A stretch of DNA of 25,385 nt from a virus. Its lineage: Duplodnaviria > Caudoviricetes. The number at the start of each line of letters is the position of its first letter. Positions within the stretch are counted from its first letter, which is position 1. The notes under the pieces were generated by a model. It did not search any database and had not been told where the DNA came from. It worked only from the letters and a program-made list of their open reading frames with translations. A program made the position numbers and the translations under genes. Positions 16,141 through 24,342 of this stretch are shown here, piece after piece. The stretch is taken from positions 1-25,385 of IMG/VR virus record IMGVR_UViG_3300035494_000240; one strand, given 5' to 3'.

Positions 16141-17063
16141 ACAACCTGGAGTACGACGCGCTCGAGGATGAGCGCCTGCCGCATGAAGCACGAACACTCT
16201 ATGTGATGTGTATCCGACGGTTCATGGATTACGACACGGGCCTGACCGGTATTAAACGCCGCGTCAGTTACCAGATGTTCAAGGAGCGACTGGAGGTGCA
16301 TCGTCCCCCCAGGTCTCCGATCCCGAGCTTCATCCCGACCAAGAAGCAGCTGCGTGGTTATGTCGATCACCTTGAACGTGTGGGCCTTATCGAGAAGTTG
16401 CCCCAGGCAAAAGAGCGCGATCCGATGGTTTTCCGGTGCCTGCTGGCCACAACGGATTCAGTCCGTTTTCAGGAAGAAGGGCACAAGCAGGGCACATCAC
16501 CGGGGCACGTAGAGGGGCACGATGTTTTGGCTGATGCAGGACACAGCGAAAGCCAGCAACCACGGGCATTAGAGCCTGAAGCAGGGCACAAGCAGGAACT
16601 GCAAGCGGGGCAGGAAGAAGGGCACAGTGTTTTTTCGGAAGTGGGGCACACCTCCGTTACTTCCGTTAATACAACAACATCATCACGCGCGCAGGGAGCA
16701 CCACACGATGGCCGGTCATTCGCGATGACCTGGGATTGGCAACCGAGTGAGGGTGTCATCCGGCATTGCCGTGCGATGAGGGTGAACTGGTCAAACCTGG
16801 CGCAACAACAGCGTGATGCCTTGATCGACGAACTCCGGAGCTATTGGGTGACTCGGCCCAACCGGTTTCACACGCAGGACCAATGGGACAGAAAACTTGC
16901 ACAGCAAGTGGTCAAGAAACGATGGGGAGGATCCGCCAATGAAACCAGTCAATCAGCTACTCACGGAGCCGGGAAGCCGCTCAGTGCCGTTGACCGAGTC
17001 AGGCAAGCGAACCGAGACCGGTACGAGCCATACCCAGAGGGGCAGATCATTGACGTTAACTGA
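16137..17063 (+). CDS. replication initiator (O-like) with C-terminal DnaT-like domain
   Basis: Position after cro, internal iteron array, FAMTWDWQPS...ELRSYW...QW..KL motif. Confidence 0.75.
   Translation: MNNLEYDALEDERLPHEARTLYVMCIRRFMDYDTGLTGIKRRVSYQMFKERLEVHRPPRSPIPSFIPTKKQLRGYVDHLERVGLIEKLPQAKERDPMVFRCLLATTDSVRFQEEGHKQGTSPGHVEGHDVLADAGHSESQQPRALEPEAGHKQELQAGQEEGHSVFSEVGHTSVTSVNTTTSSRAQGAPHDGRSFAMTWDWQPSEGVIRHCRAMRVNWSNLAQQQRDALIDELRSYWVTRPNRFHTQDQWDRKLAQQVVKKRWGGSANETSQSATHGAGKPLSAVDRVRQANRDRYEPYPEGQIIDVN
16470..16649 (+). repeat. replication-origin iterons
   Basis: GGGCAC at 16479, 16490, 16503, 16515, 16584, 16620 and 16644 plus variants; CAGGAAGAAGGGCACA at 16470 and 16611; A/C-rich tract follows. 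Confidence 0.75.
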
Positions 17064-17070
17064 TCACGAC

Positions 17071-17619
17071 ATGGGAACCCTCTGGGAACGCATGACGCAG
17101 ATGTTCGGCCATCGCTGGGTCAGTGCTTATGGCGCCTCAGATACTGATAACGTCTGGCTGGCGTGCCTGGATGGCCTGAGCCCTGAACAACTCCGTTCTG
17201 GTATGCGAGCTGTTGCCCGGGGCGGGGAAGCGTGGCCGCCGACGGCGCCACAGTTCCGAAAGCTGTGCGAGAGCGCCACGCTCGCTGACCACGGGCTGCC
17301 AGATCCTGAGCGTGCCTACCGCGAGGCGGCCAGCAATGCCCACAACCCCAGTCGTGTGAATTGGAGTCATCCCGCTGTCTACGTAGCTGGCCGTGAGACC
17401 GGCTGGTTCGATCTGCGTCATGCCGAAATGGGTGATCGGATCGAGCAGCGTTTCCGCCGTAATTACGAAATTGTCACACGTCGAGTACTGGCCGGTGAGC
17501 AGCTGGATGCCGAGATCCCAGTTGCACTGGAAGACACACGCGGCCGCCGCCGTCCGCTGACCGAGAAAGACCGTGCGGCTGGGCGCAGTGCACTGGCCCA
17601 ACTGAGAGGGCTGGTGTGA
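17071..17619 (+). CDS. replication protein P-like helicase loader
   Basis: WPPTAPQFRKLC...GLPDPERAYREA...WSHPAVY.AGRETGWFDL; alternative in-frame start at 16939. Confidence 0.75.
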   Translation: MGTLWERMTQMFGHRWVSAYGASDTDNVWLACLDGLSPEQLRSGMRAVARGGEAWPPTAPQFRKLCESATLADHGLPDPERAYREAASNAHNPSRVNWSHPAVYVAGRETGWFDLRHAEMGDRIEQRFRRNYEIVTRRVLAGEQLDAEIPVALEDTRGRRRPLTEKDRAAGRSALAQLRGLV

Positions 17620-18119
17620 TGGCCATGCCTGAGTCACAGATCGTGATCAATTCACCTGACTCACTTCGCGACCGCATGATGCGTGTTTGGGAGTTGGTCA
17701 ACCAGGCCGTGAGGGCTGGTGGGGCTGTGGCCGTCACGATCGGCAAGCCCAGCAAGTCACGGGACCAGGAGCGTAAGTATCACGCCATGATCGGTGATAT
17801 CGCCAAGCAGGTGACGTTCTACGGCACCAAGCGACACAGCGCCGAGGTTTGGAAGGCCCTGCTGGTGGAGATGTTCGAGCGCGAACGCCAGGCGATGGGT
17901 GAGCCGCTGCGCAAGCCTGGGCGCTTGGTGCCGAGCCTGGACGGTGAGCGCATGGTGTCGCTGCGTCCGTCGACCCGGGATTTCAGCGTCCAAGAGGGGC
18001 GCGACTTCATTGAGTTCCTGTATGCCCAGGGTGTGGAGATGGGGGTGAACTGGAGTGAGCCGGCGCTGAGGGCCTATGAAGAGTACCGAGAGGCTGCGCC
18101 GGGGAGGAAGCGGGTATGA
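17619..18119 (+). CDS. ninB: NinB/Orf-family recombination protein
   Basis: KSRDQ..KYHAMIGDIAKQV...WK.LL...PSLDG...V...ST......F IEFLYA.G. Confidence 0.82.
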   Translation: MAMPESQIVINSPDSLRDRMMRVWELVNQAVRAGGAVAVTIGKPSKSRDQERKYHAMIGDIAKQVTFYGTKRHSAEVWKALLVEMFERERQAMGEPLRKPGRLVPSLDGERMVSLRPSTRDFSVQEGRDFIEFLYAQGVEMGVNWSEPALRAYEEYREAAPGRKRV

Positions 18120-18745
18120 AGGAAATGACACACGACAGCCTCAGTGAGTTAGCAAGCAAGTGGCTCAAGCGCAGCTACAGTGCGAATGGCCCTGGCTGCC
18201 ACATTGGTCTGGTTGAGGTGGGCGGTCTGTTCGGCGGTGAACGGGCAGATGCTTGGGGTTACCGCTGGGGGCATCAAGGAGGTTCAGTGCTGGTTGAGGT
18301 GAAAGTCAGTCGCTCCGACTTCCTGGCTGATGCAAAGAAGCCGCACCGGAACGGTGATGTTTTGGGTATGGGTACATATCGATATTACATGTGCCCAGAA
18401 GGCATGATCCAGCCGGATGAACTGCCTGACGGGTGGGGGTTGTTGTGGGTCAACAAGCGCGGCCATATCAAGCCAAAAGCCGGGCATGTTCTGCTGCTGA
18501 AAAGTTGGAAAACCATGAATGAGCTGCAGCCTTGGCAGCACGAAGTGAATGTGAAAGGCGAAATGGAGTTGATGGCACACCTGCTGGCCCGGCTTGGCGA
18601 TCCGCAGGAAATGAACCAGCGATACCGCGCTATGCAGTCAGAAGTTGGCAGGTTGACTCGCCGAGTGAATGACCTGATTCAACGTCGAGACCACCAAGCC
18701 AGGAGAAAGCAGGATAGGGCGGTGGCGCGAGAGGTGTCCGCATGA
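18116..18745 (+). CDS. MmcB-like PD-(D/E)XK nuclease-fold protein
   Basis: ERADAWG...LVEVKVSRSDFLAD.KK...G.YRYYMCPEG.I...ELP.GWGLL. Confidence 0.65.
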   Translation: MKEMTHDSLSELASKWLKRSYSANGPGCHIGLVEVGGLFGGERADAWGYRWGHQGGSVLVEVKVSRSDFLADAKKPHRNGDVLGMGTYRYYMCPEGMIQPDELPDGWGLLWVNKRGHIKPKAGHVLLLKSWKTMNELQPWQHEVNVKGEMELMAHLLARLGDPQEMNQRYRAMQSEVGRLTRRVNDLIQRRDHQARRKQDRAVAREVSA

Positions 18746-19188
18746 TCGAGTTCATTGTTCCAGGTAACCCCCAGGGCAAAGGTCGGCCCCGTGTTGGTCG
18801 AGTAAACGGCCATGCCCGGATGTTCACGCCGCCGAAGACGGTGGCGTATGAAGGGGTTATCGCGCAGGCAGCACAGCAGGCGATGGAGAAGCACAGTATC
18901 CAGCCATTGCAGGGACCGGTTCTGATCCAGATGACCATGTTGCATGCGGTACCGAAGTCCTGGTCGAAGAAGAAGCGTGAGAAGGCTCTGACTGGTTACA
19001 TCATGCCGACAGTGAAGTGTGACGCGGATAACTGCCTGAAGGCGGTGTGTGATGCGCTGAACGGCGTGGCCTGGCGGGATGATACGCAGGTGGTGGATGT
19101 GTTTTTGACAAAGCGGTATGCGGAAGATCCGCAGGTTCGGGTGAAGATTTCGCCGGTGGATGCAGAGCCGGCGCAGGGGAAGGGGTAA
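18742..19188 (+). CDS. rusA: RusA-family Holliday junction resolvase
   Basis: F.VPG.PQGKGRPR...KCDADN.LKAVCDALNGVAWRDD.QVV. Confidence 0.9.
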   Translation: MIEFIVPGNPQGKGRPRVGRVNGHARMFTPPKTVAYEGVIAQAAQQAMEKHSIQPLQGPVLIQMTMLHAVPKSWSKKKREKALTGYIMPTVKCDADNCLKAVCDALNGVAWRDDTQVVDVFLTKRYAEDPQVRVKISPVDAEPAQGKG

Positions 19189-19191
19189 AGG

Positions 19192-19620
19192 ATGGATCTT
19201 GATGATCTGATACACGTTTACGTCACTGGCTGCAGTGCTGACGACCTGCGCAACATGGTGGCAGCGACCGGGTATCGCTCGGTTATGTCAGAGCTTCACA
19301 AGAACCAGGGCCTCATCGCCAGCGGCGGCGGTGGAGGCTCGCACGATGCGATGATGGTTGCGCTGGTTGATCGGATGCCGGGAAGGTACGCGCCCCAGAT
19401 CATCGACACGATCAAGGCAGGGTTCTCGGAGTTGTGCAGAGCCAACCCACTGCGTTATCAGGTGGTGATCTGTGATCACACGGATCGACGGCCACGGGCG
19501 CAGAAAGCGGAGTCTCTGGGGATCACGGAGATCAAGTTCAAGAATGAACTCCGGACTGGGCGTGAGTACCTGGGCGTGCGGTTCATCGATTTGCTGCTGC
19601 CGCGTCAAGAGATCGCTTAA
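19192..19620 (+). CDS. putative late antiterminator (Q-like)
   Basis: Position directly before a promoter-terminator pair and the lysis genes; C-terminal HTH-like KAESLGIT...FK..L; no family recognised. Confidence 0.55.
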   Translation: MDLDDLIHVYVTGCSADDLRNMVAATGYRSVMSELHKNQGLIASGGGGGSHDAMMVALVDRMPGRYAPQIIDTIKAGFSELCRANPLRYQVVICDHTDRRPRAQKAESLGITEIKFKNELRTGREYLGVRFIDLLLPRQEIA

Positions 19621-19660
19621 CTGGTTTTTTGCACAGGCTGTTTATTTGTCCATATTTCGC

Positions 19661-19689
19661 TTGCAACTGCCGGATATCCATACTAGATT
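19661..19689 (+). promoter_or_regulatory. late promoter pR'-like
   Basis: TTGCAA-17 nt-TAGATT. Confidence 0.7.
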
Positions 19690-19722
19690 ATTCGCATAAC
19701 GTGCCGTTGTTGGCACTGCACG

Positions 19723-19748
19723 AAACCTCGCTCAGGCGGGGTTTTTTT
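19723..19748 (+). terminator. tR'-like intrinsic terminator
   Basis: AAACCTCGC-TCAG-GCGGGGTTT plus T run. Confidence 0.8.
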
Positions 19749-19823
19749 GTGCCTGAAAGTAGTTGCAGACACTGCCTGGAGACATAGGGTTCACCACATC
19801 AGTTAACCAAATATAGGGTTTTG

Positions 19824-19982
19824 ATGATGGAAGAACTCGAAGTTATTCGCGCAGTATTAAGGGTTTTATGTTCATTGGCCCGCCTGGGCTTATTGATCCG
19901 TGAACTGTTTCGCAAGAGAAAGTCTCGCCGTGAGGCGACACGCTACCGCTGTGAAGCGGAAGACAACCGACCCGGCGGATAA
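19824..19982 (+). CDS. 52-aa amphipathic/basic ORF (absent from track)
   Basis: MMEELEVIRAVLRVLCSLARLGLLIRELFRKRKSRREATRYRCEAEDNRPGG; weak AGGG RBS. Confidence 0.35.
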   Translation: MMEELEVIRAVLRVLCSLARLGLLIRELFRKRKSRREATRYRCEAEDNRPGG

Positions 19983-20021
19983 CCCGGGACCGAATTCATC
20001 AAGCCATTCGTGAGAATCGCT

Positions 20022-20516
20022 ATGCCTACCCAATACGACGAGCTGATCCGGGCTGCTGTTGCACAGTACCTGCCTGATCACGATTGGCGTCTCCTCAAAG
20101 CGCAGTACATGGCCGAGTCCCGGCTTGACCCGAATGCGGTCTCCCCGGTTGGGGCTCGGGGTATTGCCCAGTTCATGCCTGCAACCTGGGACGAAGTTTC
20201 CCAGGAGCTTGGCTACCCGTCTGATGCGTCTCCTTTCGATGCTGATCTGGCTATTCCTGCAGGTGCCTATTACATGGCCAAGCTGCTGAATAGCTGGTCG
20301 GCTCCTCGTCCTGATCTCGATCGCTACTGCTTGGCGCTGGCTAGTTACAACGCAGGCTTCGGCCATTTGCTGAAGGCGCAGAAAGCTGCAGGCGGTGCGA
20401 ATGATTACGCGAGCATCATCCGAGCGCTGCCGCAGGTCACCGGTCATCATGCGGCCGAGACAACTGCCTACGTGAAGCGCATCCTCAACTACTTCAACCA
20501 GATGGTGACAGGGTGA
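20022..20516 (+). CDS. endolysin, lytic transglycosylase (SLT domain)
   Basis: AESRLDPNAVSPVGARGIAQFMPATW and ALASYNAG, ET..YV..I motifs. Confidence 0.92.
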   Translation: MPTQYDELIRAAVAQYLPDHDWRLLKAQYMAESRLDPNAVSPVGARGIAQFMPATWDEVSQELGYPSDASPFDADLAIPAGAYYMAKLLNSWSAPRPDLDRYCLALASYNAGFGHLLKAQKAAGGANDYASIIRALPQVTGHHAAETTAYVKRILNYFNQMVTG

Positions 20517-20827
20517 TGCCGGAAAAGGACCCGACAAGTTATCAGCTACTGACCTACCTCTGGGTGATGGCGTTGGCTTCATGGGGTGGAATCGTGAGCT
20601 ACATCCGCCGCGTTAAAGCCGGCACCGCCGAACGGTTCAGCTTCATGGAGCTCATAGGTGAGATCGTGATCTCTGCGTTCACTGGCGTAATGACGTTCTG
20701 GTTGTGTGAGCTGGCCAGTTTCCCCGATCTGCTGACTGCTGCGTTCGTTGGCGTGAGTGGGCACATGGGCAGCCGTGCCATTGCTCTGATGGAAGATTCG
20801 TTCAAGAAGAAGATGGGGGTGCGCTGA
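20516..20827 (+). CDS. holin
   Basis: MPEKDP start, 2-3 hydrophobic segments, G.SGHMGSRAI, basic C-terminus. Confidence 0.85.
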   Translation: MPEKDPTSYQLLTYLWVMALASWGGIVSYIRRVKAGTAERFSFMELIGEIVISAFTGVMTFWLCELASFPDLLTAAFVGVSGHMGSRAIALMEDSFKKKMGVR

Positions 20828-21102
20828 TGCGTAAGTCAATTCTCGCCCTGGCGATCGCTGCGGCTATTGCGTCATCGGGATGTTCAGCACCTCGTCTGCA
20901 GGATGGTTATCAGTTTGGCGATCTGACCGGTACCGCCCTGGATACAACGATCAGTTTATCTGAACTGCAGGATGACTATTGCGCGACAGCTGATCCTGTT
21001 GCGCGCTCCATTCTGCTGGGTCTGATGCGTTCAGTTGTTCCTGAGTATCCAGTAAAGGGACTGTGCACCAGTGTGCTGGATGTGCTCGGGGGGCAGCAAT
21101 GA
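20827..21102 (+). CDS. small lipoprotein in lysis cassette
   Basis: MRKSILALAIAAAIASSG-C lipobox; TGATG coupling to the holin. Confidence 0.7.
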   Translation: MRKSILALAIAAAIASSGCSAPRLQDGYQFGDLTGTALDTTISLSELQDDYCATADPVARSILLGLMRSVVPEYPVKGLCTSVLDVLGGQQ

Positions 21103-21506
21103 AGTATTACGAACGTGGCTGGAAGTACGAGCTGGCCGAGGATACCGACTTCCAAACCCAGATATTCCCAGAACACACAATCACGACGGATTTTATTCAG
21201 TTGAGGCCTGATGGCTTGCTGACATTGTGCAGGGGGTATGCCTGGGACGGCGCTAGCGGCCCAACGATCGATTCAGACTCAAGCATGCGCGGCAGTGCAG
21301 TCCATGATGCGTTGTACCAATTGATGAAGCTTGGCTTGCTGGATCTGGACTGGTTTACCGAAAGCAACCGTGAACTCCGGCGCTGGCTTAAGCTGGATGG
21401 TATGTCATTTGTCCGGCGCTGGGCCTGGTACCACGCGGTTCAGCAGTTCGGGCGCGGTCATATGTTCCGGGAGCATGACGACCAGAAGCTCTACGAGGCG
21501 CCCTGA
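21099..21506 (+). CDS. DUF1353-like protein
   Basis: GYAWDGASGP......RGSAVHDALY......N........DG....R.W.WY.AV..FG. Confidence 0.7.
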   Translation: MKYYERGWKYELAEDTDFQTQIFPEHTITTDFIQLRPDGLLTLCRGYAWDGASGPTIDSDSSMRGSAVHDALYQLMKLGLLDLDWFTESNRELRRWLKLDGMSFVRRWAWYHAVQQFGRGHMFREHDDQKLYEAP

Positions 21507-21874
21507 TGCCAGCTAAGCCACCGCGCCCATGCCGGGCACCGGCCTGTGGCCGCAAGACAACGGCCAGCCACGGATACTGCGAGGAGCATGCCCACCTGCA
21601 CAAGCCGTGGGCTTCACGCAAGGGATCGGGTCGTGGCGGTCGTCCCTGGCGTCGCAAGCGTGATCGGATCATGGCGCGGGATAAAGCACTGTGCCAGCCA
21701 TGCCGTCGAGGTGGTCGGGTGACGCCGGCAACAGAAGTTGACCACATTAAGCCGGTTGCCGAAGGCGGCACTGATGCTGACTCAAACCTGGAAGCGATCT
21801 GTACCAGCTGCCATCGAGAGAAGACGGCGCGAGAAGCGCAGGCCGCAAGGGGGAGGGGGGAGTCAAATCTCTGA
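21506..21874 (+). CDS. HNH endonuclease (HK97 gp74-like packaging cofactor)
   Basis: RD..LCQPC...ATEVDHIKP...GG.D..SNL..IC..CH..KT, directly before cos/terS. Confidence 0.9.
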   Translation: MPAKPPRPCRAPACGRKTTASHGYCEEHAHLHKPWASRKGSGRGGRPWRRKRDRIMARDKALCQPCRRGGRVTPATEVDHIKPVAEGGTDADSNLEAICTSCHREKTAREAQAARGRGESNL

Positions 21875-21935
21875 GAGTTACGAGGCCGGACACCGCCGCC
21901 CAAGTCACTTTTTTACAGCCGCGAAATTGAAAATT
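21849..21935 (+). other. putative cos region (HK97-like 3' cohesive end near CACCGCCGCCCAAG, 21891-21904)
   Basis: G-run/TCAAATCTCT ... ACCGCCGCC ... TTTTT...CGCGAAA layout between HNH and terS, typical of 3'-cos phages. Confidence 0.6.
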
Positions 21936-21961
21936 AAATCCGGCGCGAATGGTTCTCATCT

Positions 21962-22444
21962 ATGACACGCGGACGCAAGCCCAAGCCAACCAGTCTCAAG
22001 GTCATCCAAGGCAATGCCGGCAAGCGAAAGCTGAATGATGCCGAGCCTTCTGCTGATGCGCTTCAGGAAGTACCGGCCGCTCCTGGTTGGTTGTCCGAAC
22101 GCGGCATGGAAGCATGGGATCATCTCGCCGCCTGGCTGGTTGGCTCCAAGATTCTGACGGCCACAGACCTGCACAACCTCGAAGCGTTCTGTTCCGCCTA
22201 CAGCCGGTGGCGGGATGCTGAAGAGCACTACGCTATCGGTGGTCCGGTTGTTGAGGGGGCCACAGGCGGTCCCGTTAAGAATCCGGCAGCAACAGTAATC
22301 AATGAGTCCCTGAAGCAGATGGCGATGTTCGGATCCGCGCTTGGGTTGGACCCGGCCAGCAGGGTACGCCTCGCTGTTCCAGGCGGTGGTGATGACAGCA
22401 ACCCATTCGCCGAACTGCTCGGCAAGAAGCGGGGCGGGAAGTGA
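21962..22444 (+). CDS. terS: terminase small subunit (P27 family)
   Basis: GRKPKPT.LK..QGN.GKR.LN..EP...KNPA......LGLDPASR. Confidence 0.92.
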   Translation: MTRGRKPKPTSLKVIQGNAGKRKLNDAEPSADALQEVPAAPGWLSERGMEAWDHLAAWLVGSKILTATDLHNLEAFCSAYSRWRDAEEHYAIGGPVVEGATGGPVKNPAATVINESLKQMAMFGSALGLDPASRVRLAVPGGGDDSNPFAELLGKKRGGK

Positions 22445-22453
22445 TGAGACTCA

Positions 22454-24157
22454 ATGGCCAGTTATCCGAACGTCAATGCCGCGAACAAGTACGCGCGGGA
22501 CATCGTGGCTGGCCGAATTGCCGCGTGCAAAGAGGTACGGCAGGCGTGTAAACGCCACCTGGATGACCTGAAGCTGTCGAAAAAGCGCAGCTACCCGTAC
22601 AAGTTCGACAAGGACGAAGCCGAGAAGGCCTGCGTTTTCGTCCAGCTGCTGCCCCACACCAAGGGCGCCTGGGCACGAGAACGCAAGCTGATCGAGCTGG
22701 AGCCGTGGCAGAAATTCATATTCTGCTGCATCTTCGGCTGGGTTAAGAAGAAAGACGGCCTGCGCCGCTTCACCGAAGCCTACTGCGAGATCCCGCGAAA
22801 GAACGGTAAGTCAGTCATTGCCGCTGGTGTTGGCATCTACATGCTGTGCGCAGATGGTGAATACGGCGCCGAGGTCTACTGTGGTGCGACCACCGAGAAA
22901 CAGGCCTGGGAAGTATTCCGGCCAGCAAAGCTGATGCTCGAGAAAACACCGGCGCTGACGAATGCCGCCGGCATCGAGATCATGGCGAAGAACATCAGCA
23001 TCCCAGCTGATGGCAGTCGATTCGAGCCGCTGATCGGCAACCCGGGTGACGGTAGCTCACCCAGCTGCGCACTGGTGGACGAGTACCACGAACACGACAG
23101 CCCCGAGCTGTACGAAACCATGGTCACCGGCATGGGCGCCCGAGAGCAGGGCCTGATGTTCATCATCACTACGGCAGGCTTCAACCTGGCCGGCCCATGC
23201 TACGACAAGCGCCGACAGGCCCAGCAGATGCTGGACGGCGTGATGCTGAACGAAGAGCTGTTCGCCATCATCTACACCATCGATGCTGATGATGACTGGC
23301 AGGATCCGGCCACGCTGCGCAAGGCCAACCCAAACTTCGGTGTTTCGGTCAGCGAAGAATTCCTGCTCAAACAGCAGCGTGATGCTATCCGGTACCCAAG
23401 CCGAACCAACGCCTTCCTGACCAAGCACCTGAACGTCTGGGTATCGGCCCGCACCGCCTGGCTCAACATGGCCGATTGGCATGCTTGCGGAAATCCGGAG
23501 CTTACCCTTGATCAGATGGAAGGCAGTGACTGTTGGCTGGGTGTCGACTTGGCAAGCAAGACCGACATTGCATCCATCGGCCTGTTGTTCCGTGATCAGC
23601 TCGAATCAGGCCGTGACCGCTGGACAGCCTTCACCCGCAACTACTTGCCGGAAGGCGCCATCGAGCGTGCCGGGAACAATCGCGCCGCTTATGAGGCTTG
23701 GCAAAACGCCGGTCACCTGGTCGTCACCGATGGTGAGGAAATCGACTTCGATCAGATCCGCGAAGAGATCCGCGACCTGGCCTCGCTGTTCCAGATTAAC
23801 GAAATCGCCTACGACCCCTGGCGCGCCACCCAGCTGGCTCACCAGCTGATGAAAGACGGCGCCGAGATCGTTGAATACCGCAACACCGTCCAGAACATGA
23901 GCCCGCCTATGCGGGAAATGGAAGCGGCGATCACCGGCAAGCGCTTCATTCACTCCGATGATCCGGTGCTCACTTGGATGGCCAGTAACGTCACCGCCAA
24001 GTCAGACGCAAAGGACAACATCTACCCGCGCAAAGAGCGCAACGAGAACAAGATCGACGGCATCATCGCCATCCTCATGGCTCTGGGTAGGGCCATGAAC
24101 GCTGAACACGAAGCGCCCAAAGAATCCATTTACGACACCAGTGAGGTCACATGCTGA
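22454..24157 (+). CDS. terL: terminase large subunit
   Basis: LEPWQ, Walker A IPRKNGKS, Walker B LVDEYH, ITTAG, GVDLA, KIDG. Confidence 0.95.
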   Translation: MASYPNVNAANKYARDIVAGRIAACKEVRQACKRHLDDLKLSKKRSYPYKFDKDEAEKACVFVQLLPHTKGAWARERKLIELEPWQKFIFCCIFGWVKKKDGLRRFTEAYCEIPRKNGKSVIAAGVGIYMLCADGEYGAEVYCGATTEKQAWEVFRPAKLMLEKTPALTNAAGIEIMAKNISIPADGSRFEPLIGNPGDGSSPSCALVDEYHEHDSPELYETMVTGMGAREQGLMFIITTAGFNLAGPCYDKRRQAQQMLDGVMLNEELFAIIYTIDADDDWQDPATLRKANPNFGVSVSEEFLLKQQRDAIRYPSRTNAFLTKHLNVWVSARTAWLNMADWHACGNPELTLDQMEGSDCWLGVDLASKTDIASIGLLFRDQLESGRDRWTAFTRNYLPEGAIERAGNNRAAYEAWQNAGHLVVTDGEEIDFDQIREEIRDLASLFQINEIAYDPWRATQLAHQLMKDGAEIVEYRNTVQNMSPPMREMEAAITGKRFIHSDDPVLTWMASNVTAKSDAKDNIYPRKERNENKIDGIIAILMALGRAMNAEHEAPKESIYDTSEVTC

Positions 24158-24342
24158 CAGCTCTTATTTTCATCCTGGGCCTGATCGGTGCCGGCCTGTG
24201 CGCCTTCGGTGCCTGGCTGGTGTACCAGCCGGCCGGTTTCATCGTGGCAGGTGTGCTGCTGCTGGCCACCTCATTCATGTACGCCCGTGCCCAGGCCTAC
24301 GCCCAGTTCATCCAGGCACACACCGACAAGGCTGAAGACTGA
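24151..24342 (+). CDS. small two-TM membrane protein between terL and portal
   Basis: 63 aa, hydrophobic, G.WL.Y.PAG.I.AG; overlaps both neighbours. Confidence 0.7.
   Translation: MLTALIFILGLIGAGLCAFGAWLVYQPAGFIVAGVLLLATSFMYARAQAYAQFIQAHTDKAED

Noticed and set aside
16470-16649. Repeat array considered as CRISPR or a diversity-generating repeat
   Set aside because: Units are short, irregularly spaced and inside the initiator gene; ordinary iterons explain them.
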